From positions 192,001-256,000 of the forward strand of contig OY782041.1 in the NCBI GenBank assembly GCA_963677595.1: a DNA stretch of 64,000 nucleotides, in the 5' to 3' direction. The DNA is from Spirochaetia bacterium (GTDB lineage: Bacteria; Spirochaetota; Spirochaetia; CAKZLE01). Position 1 is the stretch's first letter; each line of letters begins with the position of its first letter. The position numbers and the translations under genes are program-made. A model generated the notes under the pieces. It was not told where the DNA came from. It saw only the letters and a list, made by a program, of their open reading frames with translations, and did not search any database. This document shows, piece by piece, positions 1 through 10,227 of the stretch.

Positions 1-1
1 C

Positions 2-1003
2 CGTGCCGCCATCGAGTATGGCAGCAGCTGTTCGGGGTCACGTTTCATGAACGGGACCTTAGACCTTCATGAGAACCTCGAGAGGAGGATCGCCGCATTC
101 ACGAGGAAGGAGGCAGCCCTCTGCTTCACGACCGGATACCAGGCGAACCTCGGGGCTGTATCAGCCCTGCTCGGCAGGGGCGACCACGTCTTCATCGACA
201 AGAGCAGCCATGCCTCGATCTTCGACGGCCTCTTTCTGGCAACCGGCATGATGAAGCAGGTGAACATGCACCGCTATGCCCACAACGACATGGCTGATCT
301 CGAGAGGAAGCTTGCCGAAGTGCCGCTGAAGGAGAACAAGATCATCCTGACAGACGGCGTCTTCAGCATGGAGGGCTGCATCGCGGACCTCCCCTCCCTC
401 AGGAGGCTCGCTGATACCTATAATGCCGTCCTCTACCTTGATGAGGCACATGCCTACGGGGTGATCGGGAAGACCGGACGCGGTACCGAGGAGTATTATG
501 ACTATGCTGCCGAGGCAGATATCATCATGTGTACCTTCTCGAAATCCTTCGGGTCGATCGGCGGCTTCATCGCCGGGGACTTCAAGGTCATCGACTACAT
601 CAAGCATTTCTCCCGTGCGCTGATCTTCAGCGCGAGCATGCCCCCTGCGAACATCCTTGCGGCACAGACCTCCCTTGACATCATAGAGAGCGAACCTGAG
701 CGGGTGCAGAAGCTGCAGCAAATCGCGAAGAAGATGATCAACGGGTTCTCCTCCATGGGGTTCAACATCCTGAAGACGACCACCCCGATCATCCCGCTGG
801 TGATCGGCAATGACGAGAAGTGTTTCGAGTTCTGGCACAGGCTGTTCGAGAACAACATCTACGTCAACCCGGTGATCAGCCCTGCGGTACCGCCGAACAT
901 GGCCCTGCTGAGGACCTCCTACATGGCGATCCATCAGGACGCTGAGCTTGACCATTTCCTCGAGGTGGCTGAGCGGGTCGGCAAGGACCTCGGGGTCATC
1001 TGA
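2..1003 (+). CDS. PLP-dependent alpha-oxoamine synthase, serine palmitoyltransferase-like (5' partial; frame open from the window edge)
   Basis: Frame reads RAAIEYGSSCSGSRFMNGTLDLH from position 2. Motifs HASIFDG, DGVFSMEG, DEAH, TFSKS (PLP lysine) and NPVISPAVP. Confidence 0.8.
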   Translation, partial: RAAIEYGSSCSGSRFMNGTLDLHENLERRIAAFTRKEAALCFTTGYQANLGAVSALLGRGDHVFIDKSSHASIFDGLFLATGMMKQVNMHRYAHNDMADLERKLAEVPLKENKIILTDGVFSMEGCIADLPSLRRLADTYNAVLYLDEAHAYGVIGKTGRGTEEYYDYAAEADIIMCTFSKSFGSIGGFIAGDFKVIDYIKHFSRALIFSASMPPANILAAQTSLDIIESEPERVQKLQQIAKKMINGFSSMGFNILKTTTPIIPLVIGNDEKCFEFWHRLFENNIYVNPVISPAVPPNMALLRTSYMAIHQDAELDHFLEVAERVGKDLGVI

Positions 1004-1079
1004 CCTGCAGGCAGGAACGGATTACATCTATATACCCATTGAGAAATTGACGAGCGGGGAAAAAAGTATTATATATATA

Positions 1080-1215
1080 GTACGGTTTTCCCGGTAACCG
1101 GGGAAGCTGTTTGTGATCATGCTTATGGATGCATGAAGTTGCTGTTTCCTGACGTGACCCCACAACACGACGGGACAGGTAGCTGAATAAAGTGTATAAC
1201 AAAAAGTAATTGTAC
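1080..1215 (+). ncRNA. Candidate structured ncRNA (6S RNA-like position upstream of 5-formyl-THF cyclo-ligase)
   Basis: Closing stem GTACGGTT/AATTGTAC, branch hairpin TTCCCGG-TAA-CCGGGGA, long imperfect rod about 1106-1207, TTGACG at 1047. Synteny with ygfA is typical of ssrS. No covariance-model check was done. Confidence 0.4.
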
Positions 1216-1254
1216 CTGAGTGACTTTAATGTATTTTCATGCTTTTTCTTTCCA

Positions 1255-1283
1255 TTGACTACCCTGTTCAATCAGGGTAGTCT
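1255..1283 (+). promoter_or_regulatory. Perfect inverted repeat that is also a sigma70-like promoter (TTGACT-17-TAGTCT); possible terminator or operator
   Basis: GACTACCCTG-N6-CAGGGTAGTC followed by TCTTT; ATG 8 nt after the -10. Confidence 0.55.
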
Positions 1284-1291
1284 CTTTATAT

Positions 1292-1870
1292 ATGGACATG
1301 AGAGAAGAGAAGTCCCGTACACGCACAGCCATCCTCAAGGACCTGCAGTCGCTTTCCCCAGAGCAGAGGAGGCAGAAGAGCACCCTCGCATCAGAGCGGC
1401 TGATCTCTTACCTCGAGGGCATCATGGGGCATTACGATACGATCCTCTCCTTCCTCTCGATGGGATCCGAGATCGAAACCGCAGGGGTGAACCGCTGGGC
1501 AGGAGAACATGCGATCAGGACAGCTTTCCCCAGGATAGAGGGTAAGGCGAAGGAGATGGTCTTCCGGGTCGCTGACCCTGCTGATAAGTCCCTCTTCGAG
1601 CTGCATCCCTACGGGTTCCTCCAACCGAAGGGGCGCCAGAGGGAGGTCGATACGGAGTATGCCGTGATCATCGTGCCGGGCATGGGGTTCACCCCGGACC
1701 ACCGGAGACTCGGCAGGGGCGGAGGCTATTATGACCGGTATCTGTCACAGCAGGGGACTGCAGTACTGACTGTCGGGTTCTGTTTCAGCGAGCAGCTCAT
1801 CGATGAGCTGCCGGTCGAAGAGCATGATTGGATAGTGGATATGGTCATCACCGATTCAGGGACGTTCTAG
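1292..1870 (+). CDS. ygfA: 5-formyltetrahydrofolate cyclo-ligase
   Basis: IIVPGMGF, RLGRGGGYYDRYL and LPVEEHD motifs. Confidence 0.95.
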   Translation: MDMREEKSRTRTAILKDLQSLSPEQRRQKSTLASERLISYLEGIMGHYDTILSFLSMGSEIETAGVNRWAGEHAIRTAFPRIEGKAKEMVFRVADPADKSLFELHPYGFLQPKGRQREVDTEYAVIIVPGMGFTPDHRRLGRGGGYYDRYLSQQGTAVLTVGFCFSEQLIDELPVEEHDWIVDMVITDSGTF

Positions 1871-2418
1871 TCCTTCCCTGATGCATGGTCCTGCAGCAGG
1901 GAGAAATGCTGTGAGAGCATCATATGGAGGAACCTGTTGCAGGCCTCGAGCTTCTCATCACTGAAGTCCAGGTTCAGGTGCTTCATCAGCTCCTTGCGCA
2001 CATCGACATCCTTGATGAACCGCATGATCGCAGCAAGGGCCCGCAGGTAGTCTACCTGACTGAAGGGGGATGAACCGATGACGAAGAGCAGGTGCACCGG
2101 CTTGCCGTCAGGAGACTGGAAATCGATCCCCTGTTCCGAGATGCCGAGTCCCACATGGACCTTCTCGATCGAGGGCATCTTCCCATGGGCGATGGCCACC
2201 CCCCGGCCGATCCCGGTGGTCTCGATCCGCTCCCGGCGCAGTACTGCCCTGGTGAATGCGGGGATATCTGATATATCTGAAAAGACGGGACACAGCTGAA
2301 TGACTTCTTCGATGGCCTCGAATTTGTCGAGGCTCTTCACACAGCAGAGTACATCTTTATAATTATTCTCAACTTCTTCCACATGTAACAGTATATGCAA
2401 ATAGCATTCGAATATCAA
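1867..2418 (-). CDS. PTS EIIA (fructose/mannitol/Ntr family) domain protein; start may be GTG at 2382
   Basis: RERIETTGIGRGVAIAHG phospho-His motif; IDFQSPDGKPVHLLF. Confidence 0.9.
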   Translation of the reverse strand: MIFECYLHILLHVEEVENNYKDVLCCVKSLDKFEAIEEVIQLCPVFSDISDIPAFTRAVLRRERIETTGIGRGVAIAHGKMPSIEKVHVGLGISEQGIDFQSPDGKPVHLLFVIGSSPFSQVDYLRALAAIMRFIKDVDVRKELMKHLNLDFSDEKLEACNRFLHMMLSQHFSLLQDHASGKD

Positions 2419-2450
2419 TATATCCTCATCCTATTCAGGAAAAAGGGAAA

Positions 2451-2476
2451 GGCCTGCGGGGTTTCCCCTGCAGGCC
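2451..2476 (-). terminator. Intrinsic terminator after nfnB
   Basis: GGCCTGCGGGG-TTT-CCCCTGCAGGCC hairpin with T-rich tail on the minus strand. Confidence 0.7.
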
Positions 2477-2502
2477 GTCTTATCTGTTTACATACGAATG
2501 AA

Positions 2503-3990
2503 TTATTCTTCTTCGAGCATCTTATTGATCGACTCTGCCGCCTTGCGTCCCTGTCCCATGGCCAGGATGACGGTCGCCGCACCGAGGACGATATCGCCTC
2601 CGGCATAGACACGGTCGATGGAGGACTTGCAGTCCTCGTCGACGATGATGTTCCCCCACTTGTTCGTGACGAGCGCCTCAGTAGTCTGCTTGATCAGCGG
2701 GTTCGAGTCATTCCCGATCGAGACGATGACCGAATCGACGGGCAGCACTGACTCGCTTCCCTCGATAGCGATCGGTCTCCTCCGTCCGGAGTCGTCCGGT
2801 TCACCGAGCTCATACTGGAGCAGTTCAAGGCCGTTGACCCTGCCCTTCTCATCACCGAGGATCCGCTTCGGGCTGTGCAGGAGCAGGAACTCGATCCCCT
2901 CCTCCTTCGCATGTGCGACCTCCTCGACTCGGGCAGGCATCTCCTTCTCCGTTCTCCGGTAAACGATATAGACCTTTTCGGCACCAAGCCTCTGGGCAGT
3001 CCTTGCAGCATCCATGGCCACGTTCCCGCCGCCGAGGACAGCAACGACCTTCGAGTCATAGATCGGGGTAGCGGCATTGCGCGGGTCATACGCCTTCATG
3101 AGGTTGCTTCTCGTCAGGTACTCATTCGCGCTGAACACACCCACGAGGTTCTCACCCTCGATCCTCATGAACTTCGGGAGCCCGGCCCCGCTTCCTACGA
3201 AGACGGCATCGAACCCATCCTTCTCGATGAGGTCCATCAGCTTCCGAGTCCTCCCGATGAGGAAGTTGGTCTCAACCTTCACGCCCATCCTGGTGAGGTT
3301 GTCGATCTCCTTCGCCACGATCGCCTTGGGGAGCCTGAACTCCGGTATCCCGTAGACCATGACCCCGCCGGGCTTGTGGAACGCCTCGAAGATGGTCACA
3401 TCGTGACCTGCTTTCCGTATGTCGGCTGCAGCGGTGATGCCTGCAGGGCCTGAACCGATGACCGCGACACGCTTCCCTGTCGCAGGTGCGATCTCAGGCA
3501 TGCTGACATTCCCTGACTCACGTTCCAGGTCAGCGACATACCGTTCGATACGCCCGATCGAGACCGACTTCTCAACATCCTTCAGAGACTTCCCGACCGT
3601 GCAGTAGAGCTGGCACTGGGATTCCTGGGGACAGACTCGCCCGCAGATCGCCGGCAGGAGACTGCTCTCCTTGATGATATCGACCGATCCCTGGAAATCT
3701 CCCTGTGCGGCCTTTGCGATGAAGCCGGGGATATCGATGGAGACCGGGCAGCCCTTGATACAGGGTGCGGTCTTGCACTGCAAACAGCGCTCGGCCTCGA
3801 GGATGACCTGCTCCTCGGAGTACCCGAGGGCGACCTCCTCCATGTTCGTGATCCTGACGGCAGGATCCTGCGCCGGCATCTCCTGGCCGGGGATAGCCAT
3901 ACGGTCCCTCGGCTTGAGGGCTGATGTATCTAGTGAGCCCAGTATCTGGGCAGCTTCTTTCTGTAGTGCTTCTTTTGTCAGATGACTCAT
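2503..3990 (-). CDS. nfnB: NfnB / GltD-like large subunit of electron-bifurcating NADH-dependent ferredoxin:NADP+ oxidoreductase
   Basis: CLQCKTAPCIKGCP and ICGRVCPQESQC Fe-S motifs; GSGPAG and GGGNVAMD; paired with nfnA and no gltB present. Confidence 0.9.
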   Translation of the reverse strand: MSHLTKEALQKEAAQILGSLDTSALKPRDRMAIPGQEMPAQDPAVRITNMEEVALGYSEEQVILEAERCLQCKTAPCIKGCPVSIDIPGFIAKAAQGDFQGSVDIIKESSLLPAICGRVCPQESQCQLYCTVGKSLKDVEKSVSIGRIERYVADLERESGNVSMPEIAPATGKRVAVIGSGPAGITAAADIRKAGHDVTIFEAFHKPGGVMVYGIPEFRLPKAIVAKEIDNLTRMGVKVETNFLIGRTRKLMDLIEKDGFDAVFVGSGAGLPKFMRIEGENLVGVFSANEYLTRSNLMKAYDPRNAATPIYDSKVVAVLGGGNVAMDAARTAQRLGAEKVYIVYRRTEKEMPARVEEVAHAKEEGIEFLLLHSPKRILGDEKGRVNGLELLQYELGEPDDSGRRRPIAIEGSESVLPVDSVIVSIGNDSNPLIKQTTEALVTNKWGNIIVDEDCKSSIDRVYAGGDIVLGAATVILAMGQGRKAAESINKMLEEE

Positions 3991-4844
3991 TATTTACTGC
4001 CCTCCAGTTCCTGGATCTGCATCTCCAGATGACAGGCATGATGATCCTCACCCTCCCGGACCTTGTAGGTCCCAAGGCGCAGCATCATGTTGTCGAAATC
4101 GACGAGGTGTCCGTCGAACTCAGGGCCGTCGACGCAGACGAACTTCGTCTCCCCGCCGACACTCACACGACAGCCTCCGCACATACCGGTGCCGTCTATC
4201 ATGATCGTATTCAGGGAGACGACGGTATGGACCCCGTAGGGCCTCGTCGTCTCTGCACAGAACTTCATCATGATCGGTGGTCCGATAGCCACGACCATGT
4301 CTGGCTTCCAGGTCTCGCAGAGCTCCTTGAGCGGTTGTGTGACCAGGGCCTTCCGGCCGTAGGACCCGTCGTCGGTACAGACGATGAGCTCATCGGCGAT
4401 CTTCGTCATCTCCTCTTCCATGATCATCAGGTCCTTGTTCCTGGCACCCATGATGATCTTGACCTCATTACCAGACTGCTTCATCCCCTGTGCGATCGGA
4501 TGGAGCGGGGCGACCCCGATCCCTCCGCCGACACAGACGACCTTGCCGAACTTCTCGATATGAGTCGGCTGGCCGAGCGGGCCGAGGATATTCTGGATAT
4601 ACTCACCCTCTTCGATGGCTGAGAGTTTGTGGGTGGTGCTGCCTACTGTCTGGTAGACGATCGTGATCGACCCTTCTTCCGCGTCCGCATCCGCGATCGT
4701 AAGCGGGATCCTCTCACCGAAGTCAGTGTCGATCTGAATGATGACAAACTGCCCCGGCTTCCGTTCCTGAGCAATGAGCGGTGCCTCAATCCTCATTCGG
4801 AACACCTCATTGCCGAGCTGTTCCTTGTGCAATACTCTGTTCAT
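3990..4844 (-). CDS. nfnA: NfnA / SudB small subunit (FAD, 2Fe-2S)
   Basis: ERIPLTIAD, GGGIG and DGTGMCGGCR...CVDGPEF motifs. Confidence 0.9.
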   Translation of the reverse strand: MNRVLHKEQLGNEVFRMRIEAPLIAQERKPGQFVIIQIDTDFGERIPLTIADADAEEGSITIVYQTVGSTTHKLSAIEEGEYIQNILGPLGQPTHIEKFGKVVCVGGGIGVAPLHPIAQGMKQSGNEVKIIMGARNKDLMIMEEEMTKIADELIVCTDDGSYGRKALVTQPLKELCETWKPDMVVAIGPPIMMKFCAETTRPYGVHTVVSLNTIMIDGTGMCGGCRVSVGGETKFVCVDGPEFDGHLVDFDNMMLRLGTYKVREGEDHHACHLEMQIQELEGSK

Positions 4845-4943
4845 TAAAACCTCCGAGATCGTCCCATAACCAAACCTGTCCTTATTTTACGCATAATTGG
4901 GTGGAAGTCAATGATGGTATTTGCTATAGTATTGAATATGGTA

Positions 4944-5222
4944 ATGAAAACGGCGACGATCAAGAACAATAACGGGATCCATGTACGGCCCTCCCAGGCG
5001 ATATCAGGCAGGATGTCTGGCTTCACCGGGGAACTCTCCATCAGGAGCAGGCATGCGGAGATCACCGATACCAATACGATAAGCATCATCTCCCTGGGAC
5101 TGGTAAAGGGTGACGAGATCACCATCACGGTGACAGGCAGGGATGAGGAAGCAGTAGGGAACCAGCTCGTGTCCCTGTTCGAATATGAATATGACTTCCC
5201 GCCGAGGGAAGCACAAGCATAG
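4944..5222 (+). CDS. HPr family phosphocarrier protein
   Basis: IKNNNGIHVRPS (His15); G.DE motif; about 92 aa. Confidence 0.9.
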   Translation: MKTATIKNNNGIHVRPSQAISGRMSGFTGELSIRSRHAEITDTNTISIISLGLVKGDEITITVTGRDEEAVGNQLVSLFEYEYDFPPREAQA

Positions 5223-5236
5223 AAGGGAGGCGCTGT

Positions 5237-5584
5237 ATGATTCGCACCGAAGGTGAAATGACCACGGATCTCAGGGAACACATGAGGGGAGGTGCCGGGA
5301 CGACGGAGATCCTGAACATCGTCCCGACTGGGGAACTCAACCATGCACGGCTCTTCTCGAAGATCACCCTGCCCGTCGGGGCCGGTATCGGGGAGCACAC
5401 CCATATCAAGGAGACCGAGTACTACTACATCCTCTCCGGGAATGGGATCGTCGATGAAGCTGACGGGGAGAAACCCGTATCCCCGGGGGATGTAGTGATC
5501 ACCGGCGACCAGGAATCCCACGGTATCCGCAACACCGGCGATACCCCCCTGGTGTTCATGGCGGTCATCATCCTCGATGACTGA
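5237..5584 (+). CDS. Cupin-domain protein
   Basis: GEHTH..ETEYYYILSG and ESHGIRNTG cupin motifs. Confidence 0.9.
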   Translation: MIRTEGEMTTDLREHMRGGAGTTEILNIVPTGELNHARLFSKITLPVGAGIGEHTHIKETEYYYILSGNGIVDEADGEKPVSPGDVVITGDQESHGIRNTGDTPLVFMAVIILDD

Positions 5585-6164
5585 TCCGGGAGGTCCCATG
5601 ATCTCAACAGTCTGCATCTTCTGCGGTTCGAGCAGCGGGAACTCGCCTGTCTTTACCGATGCGGCCGCCTCCCTGGCTTCGCTCCTGGCGGACAGGGGGC
5701 TCGACATGGTCTACGGGGGGAGCAACATCGGCCTGATGGGCCTGGTAGCCAGCACCATGCTCGAACGGGGACGTTCAGTCACCGGTATCATCCCGAGGGC
5801 CCTCTTCGAGGTGGTCGAGCACCTCGAGGTCACCGACCTCAAGGTGGTGGAGACCATGCATGAGCGCAAGGCTGCCATGTATGAGCGCTCAGATGCCTTC
5901 ATCGCCCTCCCCGGCGGTATCGGCACCTTCGAGGAACTGCTCGAGGTCTATACCTGGGGACAGCTCGGCTACCTGGAGAAACCGGTCTCCATCCTGAATG
6001 TCGAGGGGTATTATGACCACCTCATCATGCAGCTGAGACACAGTGTGGGATCAGGGTTCATGAAGCAGCACCATCTCGATTCGCTCATCATCGAGAGCGA
6101 CCCGTCTGCCCTCCTGGACCGGCTCGAGTCGAGCACCTATACCTTCCAGCCGAAATGGCAGTAG
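5577..6164 (+). CDS. LOG family nucleotide phosphoribohydrolase (TIGR00730-like)
   Basis: CIFCGSS, YGG, MHERK and LPGGIGTFEE. Confidence 0.92.
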   Translation: MTDPGGPMISTVCIFCGSSSGNSPVFTDAAASLASLLADRGLDMVYGGSNIGLMGLVASTMLERGRSVTGIIPRALFEVVEHLEVTDLKVVETMHERKAAMYERSDAFIALPGGIGTFEELLEVYTWGQLGYLEKPVSILNVEGYYDHLIMQLRHSVGSGFMKQHHLDSLIIESDPSALLDRLESSTYTFQPKWQ

Positions 6165-6282
6165 ACCCTGTCCTGCAGCCCTGTTGAAGCAGGACCTATC
6201 TTAGGCCGAAGCATCGGCCGACCCTTTCAACAACACCCCTTTTTATGTATACTGTCTCGACATAGTGTAAGGAGACTGGTTC

Positions 6283-7347
6283 ATGCTGAAGAAACTGGAG
6301 AGTCTCGAATCACACTTCGGTGTGATCGAGCAGAAGATAGCAGACCCTGAGATCATGAAGGACATGAATGCCTATCGTGAGATCATGCAGGAACATGCAC
6401 ATCTCTCCCCGATCATCGAGGAGTTCAATACATATAAGGATCTCACCGGACAGATAGCGGATGCGAAACTCCTCCTCGAGGAGGAGGATGATCACGACAT
6501 GCTTGAGATGGCCAAGGAGGAGCTCAATGAGCTCGAAGAGGCCCTGGAGCAGTCAGAGGGCCGGCTGAAGGTCCTCCTCGTACCGAAGGACCCGCTTGAC
6601 GGGAAGAATATCATCATGGAGATCCGGGCCGGGACCGGCGGGGATGAGGCAGCCCTCTTCGCCGCTGACCTCTACCGCATGTACTCCCATCTTGCAGAGA
6701 ACAACCGGTGGAAGACCGAGATCCTCTCGATGAACGATACCGAGATCGGCGGTTTCAAAGAGATCGTCTTCTCGATCTCGGGCAAGGAGGTCTATGGGAA
6801 CCTCCGCTGGGAGAGCGGCGTCCACCGTGTCCAGCGGGTCCCGACCACGGAATCGGGGGGCAGGATCCATACCTCGGCCGTGACGGTCGCCGTCCTGCCG
6901 GAGGCTGAGGAGACCGATATCCAGATCAAGCAGGAAGAACTGAAGATCGATGTGTACCGCTCCTCCGGTCCCGGGGGCCAGAGCGTCAACACGACTGACT
7001 CCGCTGTGCGTATCACCCACCTGCCGACAGGCCTTGTGGTGACCTGCCAGGATGAGAAATCCCAGATCAAGAACCGGGCGAAGGCCCTGCGTGTCCTCCG
7101 TGCCCGCCTCTATGAAGCTGAGGAGGAGAAGAGACAGAAGGAGCGGTCTGAGAACCGGAAGAGCCAGGTGGGGAGCGGGGACCGGTCCGAACGTATCAGG
7201 ACCTACAACTTTCCCCAGAACCGGGTGACTGACCACCGGATTAACCTGACCCTCTATAAACTCGAACAGATACTTGCCGGAGCCCTTGATGAGGTCATCG
7301 AGGCACTGAAGCTGAATGCAGGAGAAGAAGCCCTCAAGGAGTTATAA
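6283..7347 (+). CDS. prfA: Peptide chain release factor 1
   Basis: GGQ motif, PTT anticodon-mimic (VPTTE), RIRTYNFPQ. Confidence 0.98.
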   Translation: MLKKLESLESHFGVIEQKIADPEIMKDMNAYREIMQEHAHLSPIIEEFNTYKDLTGQIADAKLLLEEEDDHDMLEMAKEELNELEEALEQSEGRLKVLLVPKDPLDGKNIIMEIRAGTGGDEAALFAADLYRMYSHLAENNRWKTEILSMNDTEIGGFKEIVFSISGKEVYGNLRWESGVHRVQRVPTTESGGRIHTSAVTVAVLPEAEETDIQIKQEELKIDVYRSSGPGGQSVNTTDSAVRITHLPTGLVVTCQDEKSQIKNRAKALRVLRARLYEAEEEKRQKERSENRKSQVGSGDRSERIRTYNFPQNRVTDHRINLTLYKLEQILAGALDEVIEALKLNAGEEALKEL

Positions 7348-7349
7348 GC

Positions 7350-8192
7350 ATGATCACCAGAAGTGATGTATTGACCCAGGGCAAGCAGCGGCTGCGGGAC
7401 CACTCGCCGAGCGAGAGTCCCTATCTCGATGCCCTGCTGTTGCTCTCCCATACGCTCAAGCTAAGTAAGGAAGCACTCCTGACCTCGTTGGAGAAACCCA
7501 TCTGGGAGGTTGATGCCCTTTCCTTCGGCAAGCTGCTGAGACTCCGGGAGAAGGGACTGCCCATAGCGTACATCACCAGGCGGAAGGAATTCTACGGGCT
7601 GGAGTTCTTCGTTGATGAGCGGGTCCTCATCCCGAGGCCCGATACCGAGATCTTAGTCGAGACAGCCCTGGAGATCGGCAGGGACCTGTCCCCGCTGGCT
7701 ATCCTCGACCTCTGCACCGGTTCCGGCTGCATCGGGATCTCCCTGAAGCACAGCCTCCCGCATGCGGACGTCTCCCTAGCCGACATCTCCGACGATGCAC
7801 TGGCAGTTGCGACTCTCAACGCGCGGAACATCCTGGAGAGCGAGCTGAAGGTCCTCAAGACGGACCTCTTCGACTCGATCGACTCCACCTACGATATGAT
7901 CGTCACCAACCCGCCCTACCTCACCGATTCGGAATGCGACTCCAAGGAGCTCAAGGCGAGATCCGAACCCGATATCGCGCTCCGTTCCGGCCATGACGGG
8001 TTCACACACATCAGGAAGATCATCGGCAGCGCCTACAAGGCGCTGAACCCGGGCGGTCACCTCCTCATCGAGGGCGGGTTCGACCAGGCGAAGAAGACAA
8101 GGGAGCTGATGATCGGCAGCGGGTACGCCGATGTCGCTATCATCAAGGACTTAGGCGGCAACGATCGTGTCGTCATGGGAAGGAGAGCATAG
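7350..8192 (+). CDS. prmC: Release factor glutamine methyltransferase
   Basis: LIPRPDTE, DLCTGSG, NPPY; directly after prfA. Confidence 0.96.
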   Translation: MITRSDVLTQGKQRLRDHSPSESPYLDALLLLSHTLKLSKEALLTSLEKPIWEVDALSFGKLLRLREKGLPIAYITRRKEFYGLEFFVDERVLIPRPDTEILVETALEIGRDLSPLAILDLCTGSGCIGISLKHSLPHADVSLADISDDALAVATLNARNILESELKVLKTDLFDSIDSTYDMIVTNPPYLTDSECDSKELKARSEPDIALRSGHDGFTHIRKIIGSAYKALNPGGHLLIEGGFDQAKKTRELMIGSGYADVAIIKDLGGNDRVVMGRRA

Positions 8193-10227
8193 CTGCAGCG
8201 GTATGGTCAACCTCATAGATAAATTCAAGCAGAAGATCACGGTCTACACCTCTGACGAGCAGGACCGGATCGTCAATGCCGCCCTCTGGGCCAAGTCCCT
8301 CCATAATGACCAGAAACGGGCAAGCGGGGAACCCTACTTCATCCACCCGCTCCATGTCGCGGAGACCCTCGTCTACCTGAACCTCGATGCGGATGCCATC
8401 ATCTCGGGCTTCCTCCATGATGTCATGGAGGATACCGAGACGACCTTCGAGGAGGTCGAGAGACGGTTCGGGTATGAGGTGGCGAAGCTCGTCGACGGGG
8501 TGACGAAGATCTCGATCCTCAAGGTGAAGAACAAGAGTGTCCAGGAGGCTGAGACCATCAGGAAGATGCTCTTCGCCATGTCCGAGGATATCAGGGTCAT
8601 CATCATCAAGCTTGCCGACAAGCTCCACAACATGAATACCCTGGAATACCTCTCCCCGCAGCGGAGGAAGGCCATCGCGAACGAGTGCCTGGACATCTAT
8701 GCCCCCCTCGCGGACCGGCTTGGTATCTCATGGATGAAGGATGAGCTCGAGGACCTCGCGCTCAAGGCCCTCAATCCCGAAGCCTACCAGTATATCAAGG
8801 ACTTCCTCCTGGCGAAGAAGAGCGAACGAAGCGACTATCTCAAACGGGTCGAGAAGGCGATCTACAAAGGTGCCTACGATGAGGGGATCACCGAGATCGC
8901 CGTCACCTCCCGGGCAAAGCACTTCTACTCGATCTACCAGAAGATGAAGCGGCGCAAGAAGCAGATCGATGAGATCTATGACCTGCACGGGGTCAGGATC
9001 CTCTGCGACTCCGAGAACGAATGCTATACCCTGCTGGGCGTCATCCATAAACTCTGGCCGCCTATCGAGGGCAGGTTCAAGGACTATATCGCCATGCCCA
9101 AGGCGAACCAGTACCAGTCCCTCCATACCACGGTGATGAGCTTCAACGGGAAACTCCTCGAGATCCAGATCCGGACCAAGACCATGCACTACACCGCGGA
9201 ATACGGGGTAGCGGCGCACTGGGCTTACAAGCACAAGACAGGCAGCGGCATCAAGATAGCCCAGAACCAGCTCCCGATCATCAACAAGCTCAAGAACTGG
9301 GACTCGCAGCAGAGCAGCTCGGAGACCTTCCTCGACGAGATCAAGGAGGAACTGCTCAAGGACTCGATCTACGTGTTCACCCCCAAGGGCCATATCGTGG
9401 AGCTCCCGGCGAACTCTACGGCGATAGACTTCGCCTATCACATCCATACCGAGGTCGGCCACCATATGATGGGGGCCAAGGCGGACGGATCGATCATCTC
9501 CCTGGGACAGCCGTTGAAGAACACCCAGACCATCGAGGTCCTCACCGCGACGAACGCCCGGCCCCATATCAACTGGCTGAGGCTCGCGAAGACCACGCGG
9601 GCCAAGCAGAAGATCAGGTACTGGCTCAACAAGCATGATGAGACACTGCTCATCGACAAGAACATCATCGCCAAGGGGAAGCCCGAGCAGAAGCATGCCG
9701 TACAGGAGGCAGCCCAGCAGAAGGGTCCCCATCACCCCCCTGAGGAGGAGAAGAAGGAAGAGATCATCACCCAGGTCCTCGACCAGGCGAAGGTCTCCTT
9801 CAGGATCGGCGATGAGACGAACATGATGATCAGTATAGCCCAATGCTGCAACCCCTCACGGGGGGATGACATCGTCGGGTATATATCGCGGGGAAGAGGC
9901 ATCATCGTCCACCGACGGGACTGCAAGAACCTCAAGCATATCAAGGATATCGAGAACCGGAGCGTCGAGGTAGAATGGGAGACCTCCTCCCCGAAGATCA
10001 CCAAGCGGTTCCAGGTCACCAGCAGGCGGGTGTCGGACCTCTTCAGCGAGATAGAGGGTGCTGTGAGGAAATTCCATGGGCACCTGATCGAGGGGAGACT
10101 CGAGGAGGCGGAGAATGACCGTCTCGTCGGCAGCTTCACGATGGAGATCGATAAGAACAATGACTACAAGAAGGTCCTGAAATCGATCAGGACCATCCCG
10201 TCAGTACTCAACATCATTCCGCTCTGA
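8167..10227 (+). CDS. rel: Bifunctional (p)ppGpp synthetase/hydrolase (Rel); start possibly ATG at 8203
   Basis: HD hydrolase (LHDVMED), DYIAMPK, YQSLHT, EIQIRT, TGS domain, CCNP. Confidence 0.96.
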   Translation: MSSWEGEHSCSGMVNLIDKFKQKITVYTSDEQDRIVNAALWAKSLHNDQKRASGEPYFIHPLHVAETLVYLNLDADAIISGFLHDVMEDTETTFEEVERRFGYEVAKLVDGVTKISILKVKNKSVQEAETIRKMLFAMSEDIRVIIIKLADKLHNMNTLEYLSPQRRKAIANECLDIYAPLADRLGISWMKDELEDLALKALNPEAYQYIKDFLLAKKSERSDYLKRVEKAIYKGAYDEGITEIAVTSRAKHFYSIYQKMKRRKKQIDEIYDLHGVRILCDSENECYTLLGVIHKLWPPIEGRFKDYIAMPKANQYQSLHTTVMSFNGKLLEIQIRTKTMHYTAEYGVAAHWAYKHKTGSGIKIAQNQLPIINKLKNWDSQQSSSETFLDEIKEELLKDSIYVFTPKGHIVELPANSTAIDFAYHIHTEVGHHMMGAKADGSIISLGQPLKNTQTIEVLTATNARPHINWLRLAKTTRAKQKIRYWLNKHDETLLIDKNIIAKGKPEQKHAVQEAAQQKGPHHPPEEEKKEEIITQVLDQAKVSFRIGDETNMMISIAQCCNPSRGDDIVGYISRGRGIIVHRRDCKNLKHIKDIENRSVEVEWETSSPKITKRFQVTSRRVSDLFSEIEGAVRKFHGHLIEGRLEEAENDRLVGSFTMEIDKNNDYKKVLKSIRTIPSVLNIIPL

